Shown piece by piece: positions 24,079-32,974 of a stretch of DNA of 53,808 nt. The notes beneath the pieces are model-generated. The model was not told the DNA's origin. It saw only the letters and a list, made by a program, of their open reading frames with translations, and ran no database searches. Source of the DNA: a virus (lineage: Duplodnaviria; Caudoviricetes); the IMG/VR virus record IMGVR_UViG_3300027522_000002, positions 1-53,808 of that record. One strand, given 5' to 3'. Both the position numbers and the translations under genes were made by a program. The first letter of the stretch is position 1; every line of letters begins with the position of its first letter.

Positions 24079-25517
24079 TCCCGTGCCTCTTCTCCGAGGA
24101 CCTTGGCCCCGATACTGATCTTGTTTCTCAGAGACTCAACGATCTTCTCGTCTATCGTGCCTTCAGTAATCAGATCGATGTACGTCACGTTGTGCTTCTG
24201 TCCGATCCGGTGGGCTCGATCCTCTGATTGGATGCGTGTCTCCAAGTTGTAGTCGTTGGCATAGTACACCACAAGATTGGCCTCGGTCAACGTCAGGCCA
24301 TAGCCAGCGGTAGCAGGGTTGCCTACAAAAAATCGGAGAGGATGGTTTGGATTCTGGAAGTTAAGAACTGCCGCCGCCCGATCATCGTCTGATGTATCTC
24401 CAAAGTATGCCACCGCAGTGCCTTTGCCAAATTTCTTGTTCAACATTTCTGTGATCTGCTTGATGTCGTATCGGAACCGAGACCAGATGATAGCCTTCCC
24501 CTGGTGTTCTTCCATGATCTCATCGAGCGCATCCATTCGGCGCGAGGAAAAGTATTTCATTGTGCCATCATCAGTCTTGAGGTGACCGGACATAACCTGC
24601 TGAAGCCGAAGCATCTGTGTTATGATAGCTGGAGCCGACACCATTTCACCATCATCGAATAGGATCAGGGCCTGCTGCTGTAGTTTCTCGTACATCTTTA
24701 GCTGTTCGTCGGTCAGCGTAACGTACCGAGCCGTGTATATTTTGTCAGGAAGATCGAGGCAGTCTTTCTTGAGCACTCGATAAGCAAACATGTCGATCTT
24801 TTTTGTAAGCTCATCGATGTTCTTGTATCCTACGATCTGTTGAAAAGCTTGAGCACCCATAGACCTGCGTTGTGTGACAGCGTACCTTCCTTGAAAAGCA
24901 TAGTATGATTCGTATCCGAGCAGACCTTTCCGCATGAACTCAAACTGCGAGTAGATATCCATTGGACTTTTTGTAACCGGAGAACCTGTCAACAGTCTTC
25001 TGTAGTTAAAACCGTCAGCGATTTTCATTAGGTGTTTACTGCGCTTGGCTTTGTGATTCTTTATCGTTGTTGATTCGTCTATTGCAATTAACCCATAGGG
25101 TCCGAGCGCACGACTTAACCACTGACCCGCTGCATTTCCTTTGACCGAGGAGAAAGCTTCGACGTTCATTACAAAGATTGTTAGACCAGCGAAGGGTTGC
25201 TTTACAGACTGCACTTCTGCCTGTTGTTTCTTTGTGCCGCCAGACACCCATCGAATCACACGGTGCGGGACATCGTCGGACATATGCTCGGGGATTTCTT
25301 TGGCTACCCAGTTCCTATAGACGCCCTTGGGTGCGATGATTAAAGCGAAGTTAATTTTTCCTGCTAGGAACAACAAGCCGATGTTATCGATAAGAACTTT
25401 AGACTTCCCAGTTCCCATCTCCATGAAGTAACCGAACTCTTGCCGATCCCAACCTTGTTCCAGCGCAGTCACCTGGTGATCAAATGGTTTTAATTTATAT
25501 TTGTAGTTGACAGTCAT
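24048..25517 (-). CDS. SNF2-family (SF2) helicase
   Basis: EMGTGKS, IDES, LTGSP, GYGLTL, QSEDRAHRIGQ. Confidence 0.95.
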   Translation of the reverse strand: MTVNYKYKLKPFDHQVTALEQGWDRQEFGYFMEMGTGKSKVLIDNIGLLFLAGKINFALIIAPKGVYRNWVAKEIPEHMSDDVPHRVIRWVSGGTKKQQAEVQSVKQPFAGLTIFVMNVEAFSSVKGNAAGQWLSRALGPYGLIAIDESTTIKNHKAKRSKHLMKIADGFNYRRLLTGSPVTKSPMDIYSQFEFMRKGLLGYESYYAFQGRYAVTQRRSMGAQAFQQIVGYKNIDELTKKIDMFAYRVLKKDCLDLPDKIYTARYVTLTDEQLKMYEKLQQQALILFDDGEMVSAPAIITQMLRLQQVMSGHLKTDDGTMKYFSSRRMDALDEIMEEHQGKAIIWSRFRYDIKQITEMLNKKFGKGTAVAYFGDTSDDDRAAAVLNFQNPNHPLRFFVGNPATAGYGLTLTEANLVVYYANDYNLETRIQSEDRAHRIGQKHNVTYIDLITEGTIDEKIVESLRNKISIGAKVLGEEAREWLSLKPTKK

Positions 25518-25593
25518 CACATATCTCCACTATTGTCTTTCTTGTGGATAGCATGAGGCTCCCACACAAATCAACCCTGAAGAGGAAAAACTT

Positions 25594-26154
25594 ATGAGCG
25601 AACTATTTGAAGACTTTTTCGACGAGGCTTACGCGGTAGGCAAAGTCGATACTGGGGTAACTAAAAACCTTAGTCATCTGGTGCGGACGTTACGAAACGT
25701 TGAGTCCCAGATCGAGGATGCGGAGTCCCATCTTAAAGCACTCAAGCAAGAGAAGCACAAACTGTCTGTCGAAGGTATCCCTGCCTTGATGGATGAGATG
25801 GGCGTCGAGCGTTTGGATGTAGACGGTATGACCGTCGAGCGTAAAATGATTGTCGCTGCGTCAATCCCTGCGGCGAACAAAGATCAAGCTTTTGATTGGC
25901 TCCGGTCCAATGGTTTAGATGATATCATCAAGAACGATATCACTGTGTCCTTTGGTAAGGGCGAGGACAACTTAGCTGGGGATGCTGTCGGTATCCTGCG
26001 TGATCGAGGTTTCGATCCTAAGACTAAGACACACGTCCACCCATCAACACTGAAAGCATTCGTTAAAGAACGGATCACTGATGGAAAACCAATCGATCTC
26101 GATATGTTCGGGGCATTCATTTCAAACACCGCAGTTATCAAGAGGAAAGTATAA
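25594..26154 (+). CDS. Conserved replication-module protein
   Basis: IP.LM.E.G, AF.WL..NG..DIIK, VHPSTLKAFVKE; upstream of SSB. Confidence 0.75.
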   Translation: MSELFEDFFDEAYAVGKVDTGVTKNLSHLVRTLRNVESQIEDAESHLKALKQEKHKLSVEGIPALMDEMGVERLDVDGMTVERKMIVAASIPAANKDQAFDWLRSNGLDDIIKNDITVSFGKGEDNLAGDAVGILRDRGFDPKTKTHVHPSTLKAFVKERITDGKPIDLDMFGAFISNTAVIKRKV

Positions 26155-26948
26155 TGGCTAACGCAGTAGCAACTAAGAAAGAAACCGCAATCTCAACCGA
26201 TATCATGGACGATATCTTAGAGTTCGCGGGTGAAGGTGCAACCTTTGACAGTTCCGAAATGCAGATCCCGTTCATCCGTATCTTGCAAGCGATGTCTCCC
26301 CAGCTAAAGAAGCGGGAAGCAGAGTACATCGAGGGTGCGGAGCAAGGTGATATGTTCAACACAGTCACTGGTGACAAGTTCAAAGGTGAGGATGGTATGA
26401 TTGTACTGCCCTGCTACCAGACAGTGAAGTACCTTGAGTTCGTGCCCCGTGATTTGGGTGGCGGGTTCCAAGGAGAGATCAGCCCGACTGATCCTGTTCT
26501 CCAGAAGACAACTCGTAATGGCTCCAAGGAGATACTTCCCAACGGTCACGAACTGGTTAAGTCGGACCAACACTTCTGCTTGGTGATCGATGCAGACGGT
26601 ATCACACAGCCTGTTGTGATTGACATGAAGTCAACACAGCTAAAGGTTAGCCGCCGTTGGAAGACAAAGATTGCAATGCAAAAGGTCAAGCACCCCAAGA
26701 CAGGTGCCATGGTTCTACCGCCGCTGTTCGCAACCCAGTGGAAATTCTCCACTGTTGAGGAGAGCAATGACCAAGGCTCATGGTTCAACTACGCTATTGA
26801 GAAGATTGGTTTGGTCAATGACCGTGACCTTCTTCAAGAGGCTCTCACCTTCCGCACCAGTGTTGCTGCGGGAGAACTAAAAGCTGCTAAAGATCCAGAA
26901 CATCAGCAGAAACGTGCTGAAGAGGATGCTGATTCCATCCCGTTCTAA
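26154..26948 (+). CDS. Putative single-stranded DNA-binding protein
   Basis: Acidic C-terminus ending DSIPF; located in the replication module. Confidence 0.75.
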   Translation: MANAVATKKETAISTDIMDDILEFAGEGATFDSSEMQIPFIRILQAMSPQLKKREAEYIEGAEQGDMFNTVTGDKFKGEDGMIVLPCYQTVKYLEFVPRDLGGGFQGEISPTDPVLQKTTRNGSKEILPNGHELVKSDQHFCLVIDADGITQPVVIDMKSTQLKVSRRWKTKIAMQKVKHPKTGAMVLPPLFATQWKFSTVEESNDQGSWFNYAIEKIGLVNDRDLLQEALTFRTSVAAGELKAAKDPEHQQKRAEEDADSIPF

Positions 26949-26956
26949 GTAGCTTT

Positions 26957-27002
26957 GGAGAAGGTTAACAAAAGTATCTTGATTGTTAACCTTCTCCTTT
27001 TT
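26957..27002 (+). terminator. 15-bp perfect hairpin plus T5 (terminator/attenuator)
   Basis: GGAGAAGGTTAACAA / TTGTTAACCTTCTCC. Confidence 0.7.
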
Positions 27003-27016
27003 CCAAGGAGACACGC

Positions 27017-28549
27017 ATGACACAGGCAGAAAGACTGCTTGCCTCTTTTGCTGGGGCTCATAACGCACACGGTACAACAACCGTTGGTCGCGTTGGCCGC
27101 AATGGAAAGGCAGAGTCAAAGAGTATGATTGTTCGGGAGCCTCTGACACAGGAGCTAGTTCAATCCCACATAGATGGGAAGAACGGCGTTGGGGCAATAC
27201 CGATCAACGACCAGAACAAATGCCAGTTCGGGGCATTGGATATTGATGTATACGATTTGAACCAAGATGAACTACAGGCTAAGATTAAAAAGTTGAAGCT
27301 TCCTTTAATCCACTGCCGATCTAAATCAGGTGGGGCTCACCTCTACCTGTTCATGAAGGATTGGGAGCAAGCTGCGGACATAAGAGATTACCTGACAGAA
27401 ATGTCGATAGCCTTGGGTTACAGTGGTTGCGAAGTATTTCCGAAGCAAGACACAATTATTGCAGAGCGTGGAGACGTGGGTAACTTTATTAACATGCCCT
27501 ACTTCAACGCCGAACTTCCACAGAGATACGCCTTCAACAAGAAGGCCGAGGCAATGGAACTGGATGAGTTCCTAGACGCGGTGAAAAAGGCTAGGGTTTC
27601 TTTGTCAGACCTCGAGGGTCTTCGCCTGTCCAAGCCTCGAAAGCATTTCACAGATGGGCCTCCCTGCCTTGAGCACTTGTTCTCGGACGGACCTGTCGAG
27701 GAGTTCCGCAACAACACTCTGTTTAACGTGGCTAGATACTGCAAGATGAAGAGCCCTGACCAGTGGCAACAAGAGTTCGAAGGGTACAACCGTACACTTG
27801 CAAGCCCTCCCCTTCCATCCAGTGAGATCGTAAACCTCACCAAGCAGCATGAGAAAAAAGAGTATCTCTACACCTGTAAGGATGAGCCGATGCGGGGATA
27901 CTGTGACCCTGCAGTATGTGCCACCAGGAAATTTGGTATAGGCAACGATGCGCCAGATGCTGTTTCGGTTGGTGGTCTTACAATTATGTTGTCCGAGCCA
28001 CGCCTGTTTTTCATGGACGTGGATGGAGACAGAATACAGTTGAGCACTGAGCAACTACAGAATCAAACGCTGTTTCAACGTGCTTGCATGGATCAAAAGA
28101 ACATGATGCCTCCGCCGATGAAACCTCAGAAGTGGCAGCAACTGGTCAACAGTTTGATGCAGGGTGCGACCTTCTTAGAAGTGCCGCCGGAACTGACAAC
28201 CGCAGGACAGTTCAAAGATCACTTGCGTAGTTACTGCACAAGCCATGTACGAGCCATGTCCCCAGAGGAAATGGATATGGGAAAGCCATGGACGGATGCA
28301 GGTACAACGAAGTTTAAGTTAGATGGTTTGTTAGAGTATCTTCATCACCGTAGATTCTCGGGCCCGACCAGAGGACAACTCATGCAGATGATTCGAGACT
28401 TGGGGGGAGACACTGGTAAGCAGAACATTGTTAAGCGCAGCCCGAAAGGCGAAGTCAAATCAACTCTTAGGTGTTGGATAATTCCTGCCTTTGACGAAGG
28501 CGAAGTTGAACTACCAATTAAGGAGATATCAAATGACATCCCGTTCTAA
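27017..28549 (+). CDS. AEP-superfamily DNA primase (prim-pol) with PriCT-like and Cys-containing C-terminal domains
   Basis: LDID, RSKSGGAHLY, EVFPKQ, GNFINMPY, PPCL, RNNTLF. Confidence 0.85.
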   Translation: MTQAERLLASFAGAHNAHGTTTVGRVGRNGKAESKSMIVREPLTQELVQSHIDGKNGVGAIPINDQNKCQFGALDIDVYDLNQDELQAKIKKLKLPLIHCRSKSGGAHLYLFMKDWEQAADIRDYLTEMSIALGYSGCEVFPKQDTIIAERGDVGNFINMPYFNAELPQRYAFNKKAEAMELDEFLDAVKKARVSLSDLEGLRLSKPRKHFTDGPPCLEHLFSDGPVEEFRNNTLFNVARYCKMKSPDQWQQEFEGYNRTLASPPLPSSEIVNLTKQHEKKEYLYTCKDEPMRGYCDPAVCATRKFGIGNDAPDAVSVGGLTIMLSEPRLFFMDVDGDRIQLSTEQLQNQTLFQRACMDQKNMMPPPMKPQKWQQLVNSLMQGATFLEVPPELTTAGQFKDHLRSYCTSHVRAMSPEEMDMGKPWTDAGTTKFKLDGLLEYLHHRRFSGPTRGQLMQMIRDLGGDTGKQNIVKRSPKGEVKSTLRCWIIPAFDEGEVELPIKEISNDIPF

Positions 28550-28757
28550 TAAGCTGATGAGGGTATCCGAAGTAGCCGATCTGCTTGGGGTATCTAGGTC
28601 CTATGTCTACAAGCTGGCGCAAACAGATCCAAACTTCCCGCAGCCTATTGTGCTGGGCAGTGAGCACAGCAAACGATCCGCCAGCCGCTGGGTTCTACTG
28701 GAGATCGAGGATTGGGTTAACAACAGACCAAGAGGAAAAGATTATGATTCCGAATAG
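28533..28757 (+). CDS. AlpA/excisionase-like HTH protein
   Basis: LMRVSEVADLLGVSRSYVY...FPQPI.LG...RW...EIEDW. Confidence 0.85.
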   Translation: MTSRSNKLMRVSEVADLLGVSRSYVYKLAQTDPNFPQPIVLGSEHSKRSASRWVLLEIEDWVNNRPRGKDYDSE

Positions 28758-30273
28758 TAAGCTCTTGTTGGGTCCCCCTGGATGCGGGAAAACATTTCGT
28801 TTGATACAGGAAATACAGAACGCTCTTGACTCAGGAGCCCACCCCTCAAGGATTGGGGTGATCTCATTCACTCGAAAAGCAATCGAGGAAATGATCTCAA
28901 GGTCCTGTGCCAAGTTTAATCTGGAGCCCAAAGATTTTCCTTACATGAAAACATCTCATGCGTTCGGGTTCCATGGGCTGGGACTCAAGACTACGGACAT
29001 CATGAGCCCCGAAGACTATGCCAACATAGGCCGTGAGATTGGGCTAACGTTCGAGGGCAAAGACTACACGTCATTGGATGGTGGGGTCACACTGCCTACA
29101 GTGGGCGGGTCAGGAGCACGGTACTTGCAGCTAGACAACAGGGCTCGGCTCCGGAAGATCGAGATCGAACAGGAGTATAACGAGGAAGCGGATTGGAGTT
29201 TGTTTTTTGCCAAGCTGAAACAACTATCCGAGCAGTTGGTCGAGTACAAAAGATCAACAGACAAGTACGACTTTGTTGATATGATAGAACAGTACATCGA
29301 GCACGGCGAGACTCCGAATCTGGACTACCTGTTTATTGATGAGGCCCAAGACTTCACCCCGCTGCAGTGGGAAATGGCTCGTAAGATTGCGTCGAGCTCC
29401 GAGAATGTTTGGGTTGCTGGAGACGATGATCAAGCTATCCACCGATGGACAGGCGTGGATGTTGCGGAGTTCAACAACTGTTCGACTAACATCGAGGTGC
29501 TGAGTCAGTCGTTTCGGATCCCTAAGTCTGTCCACCGTCTTGCGCTGTCTGTATCAAAAAGAATTTCGGGACGCCATGAAAAGACGTTCACCGCTCGGGA
29601 GGAAGAGGGCAAGGTCGAATACATAAACTATCTTTCAGAGGCCCCGCTGCACGAAGGATCATGGACGTTGATGGCGCGGACCAACGGGTACGTCTCAGAG
29701 ATGGCGAATTATCTGCGAGGGCAGGGCTACAAGTACTCTCGCAATGGTAGGTCCAGCTTGTCAGAGATCTTGGTGCAAAACCTTTTGACTTGGGATGAGT
29801 TGTGCAAGGATGGATCAGTTCCTTTGCCTGACGTTAAGCGTTTGTACGACTCAGTAAAGAAACAGGGAGTGGACGCTGTTGTCCGAAGGGGCGCGATGCA
29901 ACTGCTTGACGCTCTACCTGCAGATACTACGCTGTCAATGAAAGAACTGGTAAAGGACTACGGTCTGTTGAAGGACTCGGCTTACGGCGCATACGAGATA
30001 CTAAACGTGCCGAGCTCCGAGCAAGAGTACATCGATGCTATCTTCCGAAGAGGAGAGAATCTTTTATCTAAACCTCGGATCAAAGTCTCTACGTTCCATG
30101 CTATGAAGGGCGGGGAAGATGATAACTGTATGGTCTGGACTGCATCGACCAAGGCGTGTGACCGCAGTAAATTTCCTGACGATGAGCATCGAGCTTTTTA
30201 TGTCGCAGTAACTAGGGCGAGGCATAACTTATACATCCTGCAGTCCAGCAACAAATATAGGTACACGTTATGA
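28744..30273 (+). CDS. UvrD/Rep-like SF1 helicase
   Basis: GPPGCGKT, DEAQD, GDDDQAI, STFHAMKGGE, YVAVTRA; start at MIPNSK. Confidence 0.93.
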   Translation: MIPNSKLLLGPPGCGKTFRLIQEIQNALDSGAHPSRIGVISFTRKAIEEMISRSCAKFNLEPKDFPYMKTSHAFGFHGLGLKTTDIMSPEDYANIGREIGLTFEGKDYTSLDGGVTLPTVGGSGARYLQLDNRARLRKIEIEQEYNEEADWSLFFAKLKQLSEQLVEYKRSTDKYDFVDMIEQYIEHGETPNLDYLFIDEAQDFTPLQWEMARKIASSSENVWVAGDDDQAIHRWTGVDVAEFNNCSTNIEVLSQSFRIPKSVHRLALSVSKRISGRHEKTFTAREEEGKVEYINYLSEAPLHEGSWTLMARTNGYVSEMANYLRGQGYKYSRNGRSSLSEILVQNLLTWDELCKDGSVPLPDVKRLYDSVKKQGVDAVVRRGAMQLLDALPADTTLSMKELVKDYGLLKDSAYGAYEILNVPSSEQEYIDAIFRRGENLLSKPRIKVSTFHAMKGGEDDNCMVWTASTKACDRSKFPDDEHRAFYVAVTRARHNLYILQSSNKYRYTL

Positions 30274-30593
30274 ACAGAGATGAAGTCTTAGACTCCGCAA
30301 AAGAGTTGATCAATGGGCAGAGGGCCAAGGATTATGGCGATGCATACGAGAACTTCTCGCGTATTGCTGATGGATGGAATATAATTGTAAGAGAATCACA
30401 GCGCACCCATGGGTTCATTACCCCACAACACGTTGCGCTAATGATGGATTGGATGAAGTCTGCCCGTCTGTTGAATGGCATCGACCATGAGGACTCTTGG
30501 ATCGACAAGTGCGGGTACAGTGCATTGGGTTCAGATTTCTCTGAGCGTGAGGCTAAGATCCTTGAGAGGCTAGGAAAGGTGTTAGCTAAATGA
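30270..30593 (+). CDS. DUF6378-like all-helical protein (putative nucleotide hydrolase fold)
   Basis: R..DYG....NF.RIA..W, K..R...H.DSW.D..GY. Confidence 0.75.
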   Translation: MNRDEVLDSAKELINGQRAKDYGDAYENFSRIADGWNIIVRESQRTHGFITPQHVALMMDWMKSARLLNGIDHEDSWIDKCGYSALGSDFSEREAKILERLGKVLAK

Positions 30594-32524
30594 GTCAGAA
30601 GTTTTTGTTTACAGATGATAGTGGTGATTCCAGTGATCTCAATTACCAACTCAAGGGTGAGATGAACGTGATCGAAAGCGATTGGAACATCCCTACGGAG
30701 TTCCCTGACCTTACTGCGTACAAAGAGGTTGCTGTCGATCTGGAAACAAAGGACCCCCACCTGACTACGCTCGGCCCTGGATGGGCTACGAACAACGGAC
30801 ATATCATTGGGATTGCTGTCGCTGCAGGAGAATACAAAGGGTATTTCCCCATGCGGCATGAGAACGGTCACAACATGGACCCGAGGATCACGCTCAAGTG
30901 GATCAAGAAGCAGCTATCTGTCCCTGATATGGACGTGATTATGCACAACGCAACCTATGATGCGGGTTGGTTGAGGGCAGAAGGTGTGGAGATCAAAGGC
31001 CGAATCATTGACACGATGGTTACTGGTGCTTTGGTGGATGAGAACCGCTGGTCCTTTGGCCTCGATGCTATGGCCCGTGACTACGCTGGGGTACGGAAGA
31101 ACGAGCAGTTGCTCAAGGCGGCGGCGGCGGACTTTGGCGTGAACCCTAAGTCGGAGATGTACAAGCTTCCCCCTAAGTTTGTTGGCGCATATGCCGAACA
31201 GGATGCAGTTGCCACGCTCAAGCTTTGGACCGCTCTAAAAGTACGACTCGATCAAGACGAGCTCTGGGACGTTTGGAACATGGAGACAGGGTTGATTCGT
31301 TGTATTCTGGACATGCGTACCAAGGGTGTGCGGGTAGATCTTGATCGAGCGGACCAAAACAAAAAGGCTTTGCAGTCCCAAAGCAAACTTCTTAGGGGGC
31401 TACTGGAGAAAGAAGCTGGTATGGAAGTGGACATCTGGGCGTCTGCGTCTATCCAAAAGATGTTTGATAAGTTGAAGTTGGAATATCCCCGCACAGAGAA
31501 AGGGGCTCCATCGTTTACCAAGAACTTTCTCAATGATCACCCCGAGAAGATTGCCCAGATTCTGGTTAAGCTGCGGGAGTTTGACAAAGCGGACAGCACA
31601 TTTATTGATAGCATTCTTCGCCATGAACACAACGGCAGGATCCACACCGAGTTGCACTCTACGCGAAGAGATGCAGGGGGAACTGTGACGGGTAGATTTT
31701 CATCGTCTAACCCCAATCTTCAGCAGCTTCCGGCGCGTGACCCTGATATCAAGCGGTACATTCGAGGCATCTTTGTACCAGAGGAGGGCCAGAGGTGGGG
31801 ATCGTTTGACTACTCGAGCCAAGAGCCAAGGCTCCTCGTTCACTTCGCCTCGATGATACCGTCCACTATCCGTCATCCAATCGTGGATCAGATCGTGGAA
31901 GAGTTTCACACAGGTGACGTTGATCTTCACCAGATGGTTGCGGACCTTGCGAACATCACTAGGAAGCAAGCGAAGACCGTGAACCTCGGCATTATGTACG
32001 GTATGGGTGTGGCTAAACTGGCCGACCAGCTTGGCATTTCAAAGGAAGACGCTAAGGATTTAATCGGTAGACACCACTCTAAGGTTCCTTTCGTTAAGGG
32101 ATTGGCAGACCTAGCCAGTAAGCAGGGCGAGAAGAACGGGCAGATACGCACTGTAATGGGCCGTAAGTGCCGATTCCATCTTTGGGAGCCTGTCACCTAC
32201 GGAGTAGGCAAGCCACTGCCCTACGAGGAAGCTATGAAGGAGTACGGGGGCCCTGGAGGTAAAGGCATACGCCGAGCGTTCACATACAAGGCTCTGAACA
32301 AGCTTATCCAAGGCTCCGCTGCCGATCAGACTAAGAAGGCAATGCTTGATTGCTACAATGAGGGGCTCACCCCTATGCTAACGGTGCATGACGAGTTATG
32401 TTTTAGTATCGAAAGTGACGAACAAGCTTCGCGGATTAAGGAGATCATGGAGACAGGAATGCCTCTTGCTATCCCATCCAAAATTGACGTTGATATCAAA
32501 GAACACTGGGGAGACATCGAATGA
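30590..32524 (+). CDS. polA: Family A DNA polymerase with 3'-5' exonuclease
   Basis: DLET, HNATYD, TGRFSS.NPNLQQ, DYSSQEPR, R..AK.VNLGIMYG, VHDE. Confidence 0.97.
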   Translation: MSQKFLFTDDSGDSSDLNYQLKGEMNVIESDWNIPTEFPDLTAYKEVAVDLETKDPHLTTLGPGWATNNGHIIGIAVAAGEYKGYFPMRHENGHNMDPRITLKWIKKQLSVPDMDVIMHNATYDAGWLRAEGVEIKGRIIDTMVTGALVDENRWSFGLDAMARDYAGVRKNEQLLKAAAADFGVNPKSEMYKLPPKFVGAYAEQDAVATLKLWTALKVRLDQDELWDVWNMETGLIRCILDMRTKGVRVDLDRADQNKKALQSQSKLLRGLLEKEAGMEVDIWASASIQKMFDKLKLEYPRTEKGAPSFTKNFLNDHPEKIAQILVKLREFDKADSTFIDSILRHEHNGRIHTELHSTRRDAGGTVTGRFSSSNPNLQQLPARDPDIKRYIRGIFVPEEGQRWGSFDYSSQEPRLLVHFASMIPSTIRHPIVDQIVEEFHTGDVDLHQMVADLANITRKQAKTVNLGIMYGMGVAKLADQLGISKEDAKDLIGRHHSKVPFVKGLADLASKQGEKNGQIRTVMGRKCRFHLWEPVTYGVGKPLPYEEAMKEYGGPGGKGIRRAFTYKALNKLIQGSAADQTKKAMLDCYNEGLTPMLTVHDELCFSIESDEQASRIKEIMETGMPLAIPSKIDVDIKEHWGDIE

Positions 32525-32778
32525 TGGAAATGGAAGACTTCAAAACTATTGGCTTCAAACAAATGCACCAGATGCAAATCGATACACTGATCAACTACAT
32601 CTCTACCACCGTAGAGATTGCCGCGTCACTCGGAGATCAGGCTGTATTGGCTGAAGTTGAGGAAGAGTCAGACGAACTTATTAAAATGTTCGGTGGAAAA
32701 GGACTGTTCGTCACCGTAACAACAGGGGAGCTTGTTGTTCGGGAGATAAACACGCATCCGAATAATGGAAAAAGATAA
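32521..32778 (+). CDS. Hypothetical protein
   Basis: ATGA overlap with polA. Confidence 0.7.
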   Translation: MMEMEDFKTIGFKQMHQMQIDTLINYISTTVEIAASLGDQAVLAEVEEESDELIKMFGGKGLFVTVTTGELVVREINTHPNNGKR

Positions 32779-32974
32779 CGTAATCCGCCCATGGTGTTGG
32801 TTGCATCCTCTCGACGGCTTCGAGCTCACGCAAGCGGACTTAGTGGAGCAGCAATGGGATACTCTTTTGCACGACGAAGAACAAGCTATCTGGGATCAAT
32901 ACTACAAGCTTGAGGCTCAGAAAGAACTGATCCGACAACAACTGCAGAAGATTACTGATTCAAGAAAGAGTTAG
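32765..32974 (+). CDS. Hypothetical protein
   Basis: Last plus-strand ORF; converges on the virion genes. Confidence 0.55.
   Translation: MEKDNVIRPWCWLHPLDGFELTQADLVEQQWDTLLHDEEQAIWDQYYKLEAQKELIRQQLQKITDSRKS

Noticed and set aside
28585-28743. 53-aa N-terminal extension of the UvrD helicase
   Set aside because: It overlaps the AlpA-like gene; the GAGG SD supports ATG 28744.
24048-32524. Inteins, introns or stop-codon recoding in replication genes
   Set aside because: Helicases, primase and PolA are intact, of ordinary length, under the standard code.
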